64,000 nt of DNA from Candidatus Latescibacterota bacterium (GTDB taxonomy: Bacteria; Latescibacterota; UBA2968; UBA8231): assembly GCA_965208105.1 (NCBI GenBank), contig OZ242318.1, forward strand, positions 704,001-768,000. Reading direction: 5' to 3'. The translations under genes were made by a program, and so were the position numbers. The notes under the pieces were generated by a model. It was not told where the DNA came from and did no database searches. It was given only the letters and a program-made list of their open reading frames with translations. Positions 19,943 to 30,108 of this stretch are shown piece by piece; position 1 is the stretch's first letter, and every line of letters starts with the position of its first letter.

Positions 19943-21103
19943 TCAATCCCCTCCGCTCTTTTCCCGCTCCGCCCACTCCGCCTTCCTCCTCCGCATCTCG
20001 TCGTTCAGTTCGGGCTCGCTTCTGGGCGTCCGGGCATGCGGATCGATGATCCACTCCCCGTTCCCGTCTCTGAGAACGGGCTTCCGCTGCGGTGCGGGGA
20101 GAATGCCGAACGGTTCGTGCGGCTCGATCTGGTACCAGTAGGCAACCGAGGCCATCTCGTTGCGAAGATGGTTGCCGTGGCCGTGCTCGATGCTCACCCG
20201 GATCTCCTTTTCGAAGCGAATGGGATTTTCGAGGTGAAAGACATACGAGGTCTGGTAGCCCTCAAGCTGCTTCTCGCAGATGGACGAACCGTTGTGGCGG
20301 AAGGCGTTGGGCTGCATGCCCCAGGCCTGGTTCAGGTAGTCCTCGGATCCGGTGCCGTGAAGGTCCGGCGGCCATTTGTAGCCGTCCACCCAGATCATGT
20401 CGTCGCCTTCGCCCCACCAGGTGCCCTGAAAGTTGGTGACCGAGAGATTGCAGCCGATGTAGTGGCCTATGCCGCGGGCGTCGAGGATGGCGTAGTTGTT
20501 GTCCCAGGCGAGCCGCTCCTTGTTGACGATGTCGGCGTCAGGGGTGTTGACCCTGATTTCGTGGCCCCAGCCGTCGCAGGGGTTCTCGCGGCGGAACTGG
20601 GCGTGGAAATAGGCGATGTCCCGCTCCAGCCCCCGATCGTAGGTTTCGTAGTCGATGTAGAAGAATTGCCGGTGGGGTTCACCGCCCTCGTTGACCAGCT
20701 CGACTCGCGCAGACTTGTCGAACGGCATCTGGACGTAGCTGTTCAATGCGCAACCGGTGTTGAACTGGTTGTTGTGGTTGGTCGAGGCCGAGAACAGAAG
20801 CGAATCGTAGGAGTTGACGAGCTCGTGTCCAAGCCCGAAGAAATCACCCAGGGGACACAGCACGCTCGGATGTTCTTCGCCGTCCCAGAAGAACCGCAGC
20901 AGGACGTCGCGGTAACCATCGCTCTGGGTCATCCAGAGGTGGTTGATGCAGCCGCTGCCTTCGATCTCTCCGAGCACCCGGACCTCACCCGGTTCGATCA
21001 TCCAGGAGTCTGCATTCCGGCCCGTCCGGTCCCATGAAGAAATGCGCGCCGAACGCGCATTTTTCACCCGGGGCAGAGAGGATAGAAGTCCGTGCTCGAA
21101 CAT
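19943..21103 (-). CDS. DUF2961 / GH172 glycoside hydrolase family protein
   Basis: SSWDRTGRNAD, WWGEGDD, GTGSEDY, YWYQ. Confidence 0.88.
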   Translation of the reverse strand: MFEHGLLSSLPRVKNARSARISSWDRTGRNADSWMIEPGEVRVLGEIEGSGCINHLWMTQSDGYRDVLLRFFWDGEEHPSVLCPLGDFFGLGHELVNSYDSLLFSASTNHNNQFNTGCALNSYVQMPFDKSARVELVNEGGEPHRQFFYIDYETYDRGLERDIAYFHAQFRRENPCDGWGHEIRVNTPDADIVNKERLAWDNNYAILDARGIGHYIGCNLSVTNFQGTWWGEGDDMIWVDGYKWPPDLHGTGSEDYLNQAWGMQPNAFRHNGSSICEKQLEGYQTSYVFHLENPIRFEKEIRVSIEHGHGNHLRNEMASVAYWYQIEPHEPFGILPAPQRKPVLRDGNGEWIIDPHARTPRSEPELNDEMRRRKAEWAEREKSGGD

Positions 21104-21131
21104 GCCGTTGAAGTCAGGGTCAACCGCCGCC

Positions 21132-21908
21132 CTAGTCCTTGAAGGACGGGTCCTCCTCCTCCATCAGCCGCATCAGCGCGTCGAACTCGAGCTGCCCGGT
21201 GTCGGAAGCGCAGCGCGCGAACTCCCGCATCTGGCGCGCCGAGCGCTCGATCGCATCCTGTGGCGGGTAGCGCAGCTGGCCGCAGGACATGGCGTCGAGC
21301 TGCACCCTGCAGGCGCTTTCGAGGCGGTAGAGGTAGAGGAAGGCCTCGGCCACGGTGCGGCCGACGCTCAGGAGGCCGTGGTTGCGCAGGATGAGGACGT
21401 CGGCCGCTCCCAGATCGCGAGCCAGCTTCTCGCGTTCCTCCAGCAGCAGGGTCGAGCCCTCGTAGTCGTGGTAGGCCAGGCAACCGTGAAAGCTCATCCC
21501 GTTCATGCTCACCGGCAGCAGGCCGCATTCCAGGGCGGCTATGGCCATGCCGGCGCGGGTGTGGGTGTGCATGATGCAATGGGCATTCTCCCGGTGCTGG
21601 TGAATGGCGCTGTGGATGACGAATCCGGCCGGGTTGAAGCCGTACTCGCTGGGCTCGACGAGGTCGCCTGCGAGGTCGATCTTGACCAGATTGGAAGCGG
21701 TGACCTCGTCGTAGCGCAAACCGTAGGGGTTGATCAGAAAGTGGTGCTCAGGGCCAGGCACCCGCAGGGAGATGTGGCCATAGATCAGCTCGCACCAGCC
21801 CAGGTGGTGGAAGATCCTGTAGGCGGCGGCGAGCTGGACCCGCAGGTCGCGCTCGTCGCCGAGGGTCGCACCGGTGTCGACGGATGGCAGCGGCAATGTC
21901 GAAGTCAT
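21132..21908 (-). CDS. Class II aldolase/adducin family protein
   Basis: LAAAYR, HIS, FLINPYG, HSAIH, HTH, LRNHG. Confidence 0.9.
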   Translation of the reverse strand: MTSTLPLPSVDTGATLGDERDLRVQLAAAYRIFHHLGWCELIYGHISLRVPGPEHHFLINPYGLRYDEVTASNLVKIDLAGDLVEPSEYGFNPAGFVIHSAIHQHRENAHCIMHTHTRAGMAIAALECGLLPVSMNGMSFHGCLAYHDYEGSTLLLEEREKLARDLGAADVLILRNHGLLSVGRTVAEAFLYLYRLESACRVQLDAMSCGQLRYPPQDAIERSARQMREFARCASDTGQLEFDALMRLMEEEDPSFKD

Positions 21909-22048
21909 GGTCCTTCCCTCCGGGAAAGTGTGCGGCTCACGGCGCCGGTGAAATCCCCTGGTCGCCCGGAAACCGGTTTCGAAGGTTGGCTCGGCACCAC
22001 TGCGATGCGGATCCGACCAGGGCGGCAGCGGCGCCCGCCGATTCTCTG

Positions 22049-22077
22049 AGTATAGCCCCCAGTAGGAGGCCTCGCAA
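22049..22077 (-). promoter_or_regulatory. Sigma70-type promoter for the aldolase-GH172-amidase unit
   Basis: Minus strand TTGCGA-17 nt-TATACT. Confidence 0.6.
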
Positions 22078-22242
22078 GATCGATCCCAGGGCGGGGCCTC
22101 CGGGTCCGGTAGCGCCAGGGGCCTTGCCGAAACATGGGCGTTGAACCGGAGAAGATCCCATTGTTGGCACAGTTTTCGAAGCGGTCGCGCCTGTCCCCTG
22201 CCCCTGCTTCAAGCGGGTCCCCAGCCTGTAGCATCCCCCGCA

Positions 22243-24405
22243 TCAGGACTCCGGCTCGACCAGGACCACCTCGTGCAGCTCGACCCGGGGAACCACGATC
22301 TCCTGGGGAGTGCCGGCAAGCGCCAGGTCCGATTCCTGCAGGGGAAGCCGGGCCCTCCTCCCCTGGAAGCCGGGCAGGCGGATGCGGATATCGTGGACCG
22401 GGACAATTTCCTGGGTGAAATAGTAGCGGTAGATCTCATCGCCGTCGATCTGCGGCGGGAAAGGAGGCGACGGGTTGTTGAGCAGGTGTATCATCAACTC
22501 CCCGGAGGGCCGGATGGCGGCGGTCAACTCTATGGCCGCCGGCGCCTCCACCTGGATGGGAGCCGGGGTCCGCCCGATCAGGCTGGCGAGAAAGCGCATC
22601 AGCGGCGGATAGGGCACTTCCACGTAGGCGCGGCCCACGTCGCCGCTGATGTAGCAGGCCGAGCCCTGGCCGAAGCGGTTCACCGTCACCGTCGGTTCGC
22701 CGGTGTCGTACTCCATCTTCGGATTGAACTCGGGAAGGACCTCCCCCTGCAGGCTGCTGCGGGTGCACAGGACCTCGACCTGGGCGTCGGACCGCACGCT
22801 TACGGTGGACTCGATGCCGGAAAAGGGCAGAAGGACGTATCCGGTTGCAGCGGCGAGCTCATCGTGGACGACATAGACCACCCCGTTCCCCGCCCCGGTC
22901 TGGTGCGGACCGGTGTGGTCGAGGCCGAAGACGTCGGCCAGGGCGAAGTTCCCGCGCCGCTGCCCGAGCTCGTCCATGGTGGAGGTCTGATGCGTGGCGA
23001 TCAAGGTGCCGCCGCGGTCCACGAACTCCCTGATGTTTTCTACCTGCCGGTCGGAGAGGCAGGCGCTGTTGGACAGCAGCAGCACCTCGTAGGATCCAAG
23101 GGTGTCGTCGGCGAGCTGCTTGTCGTGCAGGAAGTCCACCGGGACGTGGGAGCGCCCCAGCATGTCGTACATGCCGTATATGTCCCGGAGGGTATAGCCG
23201 CCTTCCTTGCCTATGTTCTTGTAGAGCTCCGCCGGGCGGAAGTCGCGGTTCCGGGTGGAATAGTGCAGGGCGAGGTATTTCACCGTCTCGCCGGCGATGT
23301 AGTCCCTGCGCTTTCGGGCTTCGGCGAACCCGAACCTGATCATGTCATCCTGGAGTATGGGAGAGGTGTAGTTGGAAAAGGCGCTGCCACCGTTGGCCAT
23401 GGCTCCGAGTATGTGCTGGGTGAACATCCAGCGCTCCGGGTAGGGCGCCAGGCCCGCGGCCACGCCGGGCATGCTCTGCTGCCCGTGCCGCAACAGGGAG
23501 TGGAAGGTCCCCTTGCCGCGGTTGATCTTGGCCACGTAGCCGGTGTCGCGGCTGGAGCGGCTCATCTCCGTGAATGCATAGGCGGGAATGTCCTCGAAGC
23601 CGAACATGTCGATGGGATGGCCGCGCACCCACGAGGTGTCGGGCCGGGTATAGTAGTTGAACTCGAGGATGCAGTCGGGATACGCCCGGCGAATGCGGCC
23701 GAGAATGTACTTCACCGACTCCCGGGTCTTTTCGTAGCGCCAGACGATCCAGCGGCGGAAGTCCATGGAGCCGAAATCCACCTCGCGCGGCATGCGCAGC
23801 CCGGTCTCGTCCCTGAGCAGCCTGGTGCACACCTCGCAGCAGCATCCGGGGTACTCCCTGCCGCCCTGGTGGGTGCCGATGTTGGTGTCGTCGAAGTAGA
23901 ACCCGTCCAGGTCCAGGTTGTCGAGCCATTCGATGAGGTAGTCGGCCACCCAGTCGCGGAAGGGGGAATTAAGGCAGAACCAGCCCTCGTTCTCGATGAA
24001 GGGGCGGTCGTCGTAGAGGAAGTGCATCAGCCACTCGGGATGCAGGGGAACGAGCGGTTTGCAGAAGATCAGGGGATAATAGGAGATGGCGATGATCCCC
24101 TTCTCATGCAGCGCCCTGATGTAGCTGGGCAGGCGGTCCTCGTCCACGTCGTCGCGGCAGGGCAGCATCCTGGAGCGGTAGCGCGGGGTGCCGCGGTCGA
24201 TCTCCCCGTTGAGGACGGTCGCCTCCAGTCCCACGTCGGCCGCCCACTCGGCGAACTCATCCACCGACAGTCCCTGGAACTCCTTTGTCGGCCGGGAACA
24301 GGCAGGATAGGCCTCGGTCTTGCACACCCGCAGTTCGTAGGGCATCTGGCGCAGCCGCTCCGCCGTCGATCCAACTCTCTGCACAGTGGTTGAGGAATTC
24401 CTCAT
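22243..24405 (-). CDS. Glycoside hydrolase-like TIM barrel + beta-galactosidase (GH42) trimerisation domain protein
   Basis: HPEW, CLNSP, DGFYFD, C.C..C...F motif, YEVLLLSN.ACLSD...FV..GG.LIAT class I GATase-like domain. Confidence 0.7.
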   Translation of the reverse strand: MRNSSTTVQRVGSTAERLRQMPYELRVCKTEAYPACSRPTKEFQGLSVDEFAEWAADVGLEATVLNGEIDRGTPRYRSRMLPCRDDVDEDRLPSYIRALHEKGIIAISYYPLIFCKPLVPLHPEWLMHFLYDDRPFIENEGWFCLNSPFRDWVADYLIEWLDNLDLDGFYFDDTNIGTHQGGREYPGCCCEVCTRLLRDETGLRMPREVDFGSMDFRRWIVWRYEKTRESVKYILGRIRRAYPDCILEFNYYTRPDTSWVRGHPIDMFGFEDIPAYAFTEMSRSSRDTGYVAKINRGKGTFHSLLRHGQQSMPGVAAGLAPYPERWMFTQHILGAMANGGSAFSNYTSPILQDDMIRFGFAEARKRRDYIAGETVKYLALHYSTRNRDFRPAELYKNIGKEGGYTLRDIYGMYDMLGRSHVPVDFLHDKQLADDTLGSYEVLLLSNSACLSDRQVENIREFVDRGGTLIATHQTSTMDELGQRRGNFALADVFGLDHTGPHQTGAGNGVVYVVHDELAAATGYVLLPFSGIESTVSVRSDAQVEVLCTRSSLQGEVLPEFNPKMEYDTGEPTVTVNRFGQGSACYISGDVGRAYVEVPYPPLMRFLASLIGRTPAPIQVEAPAAIELTAAIRPSGELMIHLLNNPSPPFPPQIDGDEIYRYYFTQEIVPVHDIRIRLPGFQGRRARLPLQESDLALAGTPQEIVVPRVELHEVVLVEPES

Positions 24406-24586
24406 GGCCTGCCTCCTCTCTAATTGCGCCCGGCGGCGGGGGACCGCATCCCCTCCCGGCCAGGGGCCCGCCGCTGCCCGGACGTCCTGATGCTGAAAAA
24501 CAGCCGCCTGGATTGCGGTGCTCAGCTTGTCGGGGTGCTCTCCCAGCCAAAATACAGCCCCGCCTGGGGCCTGGCAAGATCATCAC

Positions 24587-24622
24587 CTAGCAGCCCGGAT
24601 GGACTTTTCAACGGGCTGCTAG
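24587..24622. repeat. 36-bp CTAG-bounded palindromic mini-element (second MITE-family remnant)
   Basis: CTAGCAGCCCG-GATGGACTTTTCAA-CGGGCTGCTAG, 11-bp perfect inverted ends. Confidence 0.65.
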
Positions 24623-24774
24623 GCTCCTTTCATCAGCTTCATCGCCCCGACCGGGCTCCTGCGCTTCCGACTCCTTGCGCCGCATCCGCCTTGACCTGTC
24701 CGGGCGGGTTGGACTACCTTCCAGCCGTTGCGGGAAGGTTCGCAGATTACCCACACGAGGAGGTTGGCCGCAGC

Positions 24775-25662
24775 ATGTTCCGCAAAGTCGATGTCGCCGC
24801 GATTTCGTTCGTACCCGGGAAGTTCGATCTGGAAGGCAACGGAAATCGCCTGGAGGAGCTGTTCCGCAGGGCCGCGGCCGGTGGCGCCGAGCTCGCCGTG
24901 GCTCCGGAGGGAGCCCTGGAGGGTTACGTGGTGAATGAGCTGGTCTCGGGGGACGAGCCGCCGCAGCGCATGAACGAGGTGGCGGTGACCATGCGCGGCG
25001 CGGTGATCGGGCGCTTCCGCGATCTTGCCCGCGAGCTCGGCATGTGCCTGGCCTTCGGCTGCGCCGAAAAGATCGGCAGGGGGGTGTTCAACTGCGCCGT
25101 GTTCATCGACCGGACCGGGCGCCTCTGCGGCCGCTATCACAAGATGCAGCTGGCCGAGGGCTCCCACCGCTCCTGGTGGTACAACCGGCTGGGGCGCAGG
25201 AGCCGGGCGATCGACACGCCCCTGGGGCGTTGCGGCTTTCTCATCTGCAACGACCGCTGGAATCCGGACCTGGCGCGCATCCCCGTCCTGGACGGCGCCA
25301 GGCTCCTCCTCATCCCTTCCTACGGGGACTGCTCGAAGAATCAGGACCGGGCAGTGCTCGCCCGCGCCCGCGAGAACGGCGTGCCAGTGGTGGAAGCCAA
25401 CGTGGGGGTGACACTCGCCGTCAGCAAGGGTGAAATCGTCGCCGTATCGCGCCGGAAGACGGAAGTTCTCCTGGCCACCATAGAGATTCCGGAGGCGCCT
25501 GCGAGGCGCAATCGCGACGCCGTGGAGAAGCGTTTTCTGGCCTGGCGCAAGAAGGAGATGCCCATTCGCTATCGCCGGCGAATGGAAGAGAAGGGCGCCA
25601 TGAGCTCCACCCGGGTCCTGCACGATTCCCGCGGAAGGCTGGTGGGCGAAGGCCAGAAGTGA
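24775..25662 (+). CDS. Carbon-nitrogen hydrolase (nitrilase superfamily)
   Basis: APE, YHKM, LICND triad; GAGGAGG RBS. Confidence 0.85.
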   Translation: MFRKVDVAAISFVPGKFDLEGNGNRLEELFRRAAAGGAELAVAPEGALEGYVVNELVSGDEPPQRMNEVAVTMRGAVIGRFRDLARELGMCLAFGCAEKIGRGVFNCAVFIDRTGRLCGRYHKMQLAEGSHRSWWYNRLGRRSRAIDTPLGRCGFLICNDRWNPDLARIPVLDGARLLLIPSYGDCSKNQDRAVLARARENGVPVVEANVGVTLAVSKGEIVAVSRRKTEVLLATIEIPEAPARRNRDAVEKRFLAWRKKEMPIRYRRRMEEKGAMSSTRVLHDSRGRLVGEGQK

Positions 25663-25716
25663 GGGGACGGCGCAACCGGGTCAAGGACCGGAACTCAACG
25701 CCGACTTCGGAGCGCC

Positions 25717-25883
25717 CTAGTGCCTGCTTGCGTAATTAAGCGTACGAACGAGGGCGCAGAAGCGCCCGGCTCGCAAGGCGCCTTAGCGAGTCGTACCAGT
25801 AGTGTACGGCGAGTGAAGGCAACGCCGTGGGTCGGGATGGATCGGTGGAAAAATGGCGACATATTTCTGCGAAGGGACACTAG
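25717..25883. mobile_element. MITE copy 1 (CTAG-flanked, IS630-type ends)
   Basis: CTAGTGCCTGC...TCTGCGAAGGGACACTAG; core GAGTCGTACCAG..GTGTACGGCGAGTGAAGGCAACGCCGTG shared with the copies at 49950 and 52625. Confidence 0.8.
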
Positions 25884-27016
25884 CCGTGGCGCCAGCGCTC
25901 GATGACCTCGGGACGCAGCGGCAGGCCGAACCCAGGTCCCTCGGGCAGAATCATGTACCCCTCCCGGATCTCGGGCCGTTCCCGGGGAAGATCGAACCAC
26001 ATGGGATCGCGGTTGTAGTTGGGAAAGATCTCGACGCAGAGACCGTTTGGCGCCGCGGCGAGGAGGTGCAGGGCGACCTGGGGCTCTTCGTGGTGGGCCA
26101 TGCCGATCCCGAAGCAGTGGGCCATGGCGGCGATGCGCCGCCACTCCGTCACCCCCGCCGCAATGGTGGCGTCCACGTTGAGGATGTCCACGGCGCCGCG
26201 CACGATCATGTCGCGGCAGCCGTGCCTGGATATCTCCCCCTGCCCCGCGGTCACCGGGATGCCGGCCGCCCGTATGCGCGCGTTTCCTTCGATCTGCTCA
26301 TTCCACCGGGCGGGTTCTTCGAGCCAGGCGAGGTTCAGGTCAACGGCGCCGCGGGCGAAGGCCAGGGCCTGATCCACCGTCCATCCCTGGTTGGCGTCGA
26401 CGCAGAGATGGAAATCGGCCCCTCCGGTCCTGCGCGCCAGGCGGGCGCGCTCGATATCCTCCTCCACGCTCAGGTGCCCGACCTTGAGCTTCATGCCGTG
26501 AATCCCCTGGTCGAGATAGTGGGCGACCTCGGCTTCCAGGTCGGCGCGGCGCCCCTCCTGCATCACGTAGCCGCCGATCGCGATTACCGGCACCCGGTCG
26601 CGGTAGCCGCCCAGCAGTTTGAACACGGGTTGTCCGAGGGATTTCCCCAGGGCGTCCCACAGGGCCATGTCCACGGCGGCGATTGCCTGGCTTTTGGCGC
26701 AGTGCTTGGCCAGGTCCAGACTGTGGATCCCCCGGTTGCCCAGGTCGATATGAGTCGACCACATGGATTCCCAGTGGCTTTCAACGTCCCTGACGTCCTT
26801 GCCCTCGAGCAGGGGCCGGAAGATGGTGTTCACGACCCGGCAGACCTCCAGCTGGTATTGGTCTTCGTCGCCGCCGAAGACCTCTCCGACCACGCCGTTG
26901 TCCAGCTCCGCGCGGGTGACGATGGTGTTGCGGGAGGTAATCTTGTAGGTGCCGCCCTGAAATGTTTCCTCCAAGCGGCGCACCAGGGGAACGGCCTCCA
27001 GGTTTTTGATCATCAT
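25880..27016 (-). CDS. Mandelate racemase/muconate lactonizing enzyme family protein
   Basis: AAVDMALWD, KLKVG, VDANQ, WLEEP, GQGE, HHEE. Confidence 0.88.
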   Translation of the reverse strand: MMIKNLEAVPLVRRLEETFQGGTYKITSRNTIVTRAELDNGVVGEVFGGDEDQYQLEVCRVVNTIFRPLLEGKDVRDVESHWESMWSTHIDLGNRGIHSLDLAKHCAKSQAIAAVDMALWDALGKSLGQPVFKLLGGYRDRVPVIAIGGYVMQEGRRADLEAEVAHYLDQGIHGMKLKVGHLSVEEDIERARLARRTGGADFHLCVDANQGWTVDQALAFARGAVDLNLAWLEEPARWNEQIEGNARIRAAGIPVTAGQGEISRHGCRDMIVRGAVDILNVDATIAAGVTEWRRIAAMAHCFGIGMAHHEEPQVALHLLAAAPNGLCVEIFPNYNRDPMWFDLPRERPEIREGYMILPEGPGFGLPLRPEVIERWRHG

Positions 27017-27031
27017 GGTCGGATTTCGTCC

Positions 27032-27577
27032 TCAGGCTTTACCTGCCCGGGCGGCTTCGTAGAGATCACCGCCGCGGCAGTCGTTGAGCACCACCGCGGG
27101 AAAACGGTTGAGGCGCATGCGGTGAACGGCTTCGCTCAAAAGCTCCGCGAAGGCGACGACCTCGACTTCCTCGATGGCGGTGGAAAGCAGGGCGCCGGTG
27201 CCCCCTATGGCGCCGAGGTAGACGCCGCCGTGCTGCGCCAGGGAAGCCTTGACCCGCGATGAAACGTACCCCTTGCCGATGAAGCCGCGAAGACCGCGGC
27301 CCATCAGTGCGGGAATGAAGGGATTCATGCGGCCGCTGGTGGTGGGGCCGGCCGCACCGACCACCTGTCCGTCCCTGGCGGGGGAGGGGCCGACGAAGTA
27401 GAGCAGCTGTCCTTCCAGGTCCACGGGCGGCTCCTCACCCCGGACCAGAAGCTCGTGGATGCGCGCGCAAGCCTGGTCCCGGCCGGTGAATACATCGCCC
27501 ACCAGCTCCACCTCTTCGCCCGCCCGCAGGGAGGCGGCCGCCTCCTTTTCCAGGGGCAGGTGAATCTCGGTGGCCAT
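27032..27577 (-). CDS. Fe-S hydro-lyase beta subunit (fumarate hydratase/tartrate dehydratase type)
   Basis: TGRDQA, YFVGP, GPTTSGRM, IGKG, D..G.DLY; ATG abuts the upstream TGA. Confidence 0.88.
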   Translation of the reverse strand: MATEIHLPLEKEAAASLRAGEEVELVGDVFTGRDQACARIHELLVRGEEPPVDLEGQLLYFVGPSPARDGQVVGAAGPTTSGRMNPFIPALMGRGLRGFIGKGYVSSRVKASLAQHGGVYLGAIGGTGALLSTAIEEVEVVAFAELLSEAVHRMRLNRFPAVVLNDCRGGDLYEAARAGKA

Positions 27578-28419
27578 CAGAGGACCGCCTCCTGGTGGCG
27601 ATGGGCGTGGCACTCGATATTGACGCTCACGGGAAGACTGGCGACGTGACAGGCGGCAGCTTCGGCGTGGACCGCGAGGGCCGTGGTCTCGCCGCCGTAG
27701 CCCTGGGGGCCGATGCCGGAGGCGTTGATCCGGCGTAGCGCCTCCTGCTCGAAGGCAGCCAGGTGCGACTGCGGACTTGGGGCCCCGATCGGGCGCAGCA
27801 ACGCCTTTTTGGCCAGCAGGGCCGAGTACTCGAAGGAGCCCCCGAGACCAACCCCCACAACCATGGGAGGGCATGCGTTGGGACCTGCCTGGGCGGCCGT
27901 ATCCACGACGAATTGGAGCGCCCCTTCGCGCCCGTCCGCCGGCGTCAGCATCTTGAAGCGGCTCATGTTCTCGCAACCCCCGCCCTTGGCCAGGAGCTGC
28001 AGGCGCAGGTGCTCCCCTGCGACCAGCTCGGCGTGAACCACCGCCGGGGTGTTGTCCCCGGTGTTTCCGCGCTCCAGGGGATCGGCTGTAATGGAAGCCC
28101 GCAGGTAGCCCTCCTTGTACCCCCTGCTCACCCCGTCGTTGATCGCATCCTCCAGGAGGCCGCCGACGATGCGCACCTCCTGCCCCACCGCGGCGAATAC
28201 CACCACAAGGCCCGTGTCCTGGCACATCGGCAGCGAGCGCGACGAGGCGATCTCCGCGTTCTGCAGAATTCGGTCCAGGGTATTTACCGCGAGTGGATTG
28301 GTTTCCCTCCGCGCGGCCTGGGCGAGAGCCGCCCGCATGTCCTCCTTGAGCTCGAAATTGGCCTTCCTGCACATCGTCGCAACGGCGTCGCGGATCCGGG
28401 TAACGCTTATCTCTTTCAT
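27577..28419 (-). CDS. Fe-S hydro-lyase alpha subunit (fumarate hydratase/tartrate dehydratase type)
   Basis: PMCQDTG, NTGDNTP, KGGGCEN, ACPP, GIGPQGYGG, CHVASLP, CHAHR. Confidence 0.9.
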   Translation of the reverse strand: MKEISVTRIRDAVATMCRKANFELKEDMRAALAQAARRETNPLAVNTLDRILQNAEIASSRSLPMCQDTGLVVVFAAVGQEVRIVGGLLEDAINDGVSRGYKEGYLRASITADPLERGNTGDNTPAVVHAELVAGEHLRLQLLAKGGGCENMSRFKMLTPADGREGALQFVVDTAAQAGPNACPPMVVGVGLGGSFEYSALLAKKALLRPIGAPSPQSHLAAFEQEALRRINASGIGPQGYGGETTALAVHAEAAACHVASLPVSVNIECHAHRHQEAVL

Positions 28420-28480
28420 CGCAGAATCAAAAGGTTTCCGAAATGGAGCTGGAGGGGCGGCGGGACATCCACCGCGGCCC

Positions 28481-29233
28481 TTATTCCACGTCCCTTCTTT
28501 CAGGCCCGGAATAGGAGATCGAATCTACTCCGGCGGCCTTGAAAGGGCGCTCCCTGGTCGCTTGCTCGTGGGCGTGTGCGGCATATCCCGGCGCGCGGCT
28601 TACGATGAAGAAGGTCTTGCCCAGGGCCGGATCGATTCCCATGTCGCAGATCAGCGCGGCTATGGCCCCGTCCACGTTCAGCGGCAGCCGCCGGCCCAGG
28701 TCCTCCTCCAGGGCATCCTCCAGGCATCGGGCAAGGGCCGCGTGCGCCCCCGCTATCCTCCACTCGTGCGCCAGCTCGAAGAGGGTGACCGCGCGCGGGT
28801 CCGGATTGTGGGCAGGATGTCCGAATCCGGGCAGGCGGAGTCCGGCGGCGCGCTGTGCCGCGACTATCTCGGAGGCGGAGCGGCCCGCGGCCACGGCTTC
28901 CTGCAGAATGCGCGCGCAAGGTTCCATCGCGCCTCCGTGGACATCGCCGATGGCGCTGATCCCGGCGGCCACGGCGGTCTGCAGGGGGACGCCGCAGGAG
29001 GCCACGAAGCGAACGGCGTCGGCGCTGGGAGAAGCCAGGCTGTGCTCGCAGCAGGAAACCAGGATGGCCTCGACCATCCGGCCCTCGGCCCCGGACGGCA
29101 ATTCTCCCTTGAGCAGAAGGTACACCGTATCGCCGAAGCTACAGCGGCGGGTCAACTGCTCGATGGGGTAGCCCCGGACCAGGATCTCGTTGGGCTTGAC
29201 CCGCGATATGGAGGTTCTCCAGAAATCGCTCAT
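28481..29233 (-). CDS. Citryl-CoA lyase-like protein (citrate synthase fold)
   Basis: WRTSIS..ILVRGY, VHGGA, PGFGHP, D.R, LNVDGA; ~250 aa. Confidence 0.82.
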   Translation of the reverse strand: MSDFWRTSISRVKPNEILVRGYPIEQLTRRCSFGDTVYLLLKGELPSGAEGRMVEAILVSCCEHSLASPSADAVRFVASCGVPLQTAVAAGISAIGDVHGGAMEPCARILQEAVAAGRSASEIVAAQRAAGLRLPGFGHPAHNPDPRAVTLFELAHEWRIAGAHAALARCLEDALEEDLGRRLPLNVDGAIAALICDMGIDPALGKTFFIVSRAPGYAAHAHEQATRERPFKAAGVDSISYSGPERRDVE

Positions 29234-30108
29234 GAGAGAAGTCCTGTCAAAAGATCGTCGAACTCTTCGGCCACGAAAACCCCCGCGCGCCGCAGCGCCT
29301 CCTCCTTGCCGCGCACGGAGCCGCGGCCCTCCTCCACGATGGCGCCGGCGTGTCCGAAACGCATGCCTTCGAACCTGTCCACGAAGCGCCCGGCGAGGAA
29401 GGCGTTGATGCGCAGCCGGCTCCCGTTCCGTTCCAGGTGCCGGGCGAGCTTCTCCTCGGCCACGCCGCCGGGCTCGCCGAAGATCACCACCGCGCTGGTG
29501 GTGGGATCGGCCTCGAGCAACTCGATCAACTGCACGAAGTCGGAGCCGATGATGGGGTCGCCGCCCACGCCCACGGCGATGCTCTGGCCGATCCCGTTGC
29601 TCGTCAGGAAACTGGCGATTTCGGTCGTCATCCCGCCGCTCCTCGACAGCACCGCCACCTCCCCCGCCATGTAGGAGCGGCGCACATTGTCCACGCGGCC
29701 GCCGATGGTGCCCACCTTGGCGAGGCCGGGGCGGATGAGCCCCAGGGAGTTGGGGCCGATGACCGTGCATCGGCCATTGGCGGCGGCCACGATCCTGCTG
29801 GCGTCCAGCCGCGGCACCCGTTCGGACATGATGAGGCAAAGCCCGATGGCGTGGGCGAAGGCTTCGAGTGCCGCCTCGAGAACCGCAGGGGCCGGCACCG
29901 AGATCACCGATACGGCGGGATCGTGTTCCTTGAGAACCTGCCCCAAGGTATCGTAGACGGGGATGTCATGCACCTTCTCCCCGCCCTTGCCCGGGGTCAC
30001 CCCGGCGACGATGTTGCTGCCGTAGGCCAGCATGTCCCCCACCATCGCCCGGGCCTCGCGCCCGGTGATCCCCTGCACCACGATTCCGGCTCGTGGCTCA
30101 AGCAGCAT
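29230..30108 (-). CDS. Succinyl-CoA/citryl-CoA synthetase alpha (CoA-binding) subunit
   Basis: VQGITG, AGVTPGKGG, IGPNSLG, SRSGG, FGHAGA phospho-His. Confidence 0.88.
   Translation of the reverse strand: MLLEPRAGIVVQGITGREARAMVGDMLAYGSNIVAGVTPGKGGEKVHDIPVYDTLGQVLKEHDPAVSVISVPAPAVLEAALEAFAHAIGLCLIMSERVPRLDASRIVAAANGRCTVIGPNSLGLIRPGLAKVGTIGGRVDNVRRSYMAGEVAVLSRSGGMTTEIASFLTSNGIGQSIAVGVGGDPIIGSDFVQLIELLEADPTTSAVVIFGEPGGVAEEKLARHLERNGSRLRINAFLAGRFVDRFEGMRFGHAGAIVEEGRGSVRGKEEALRRAGVFVAEEFDDLLTGLLS

Noticed and set aside
22141-24393. Long 750-aa + strand ORF (and similar long ORFs at 19502-21037, 31926-34550, 35537-37162, 38477-40375, 50217-51887)
   Set aside because: Antisense or alternate-frame shadows of well-supported genes; typical of high-GC codon bias; no recognisable motifs.
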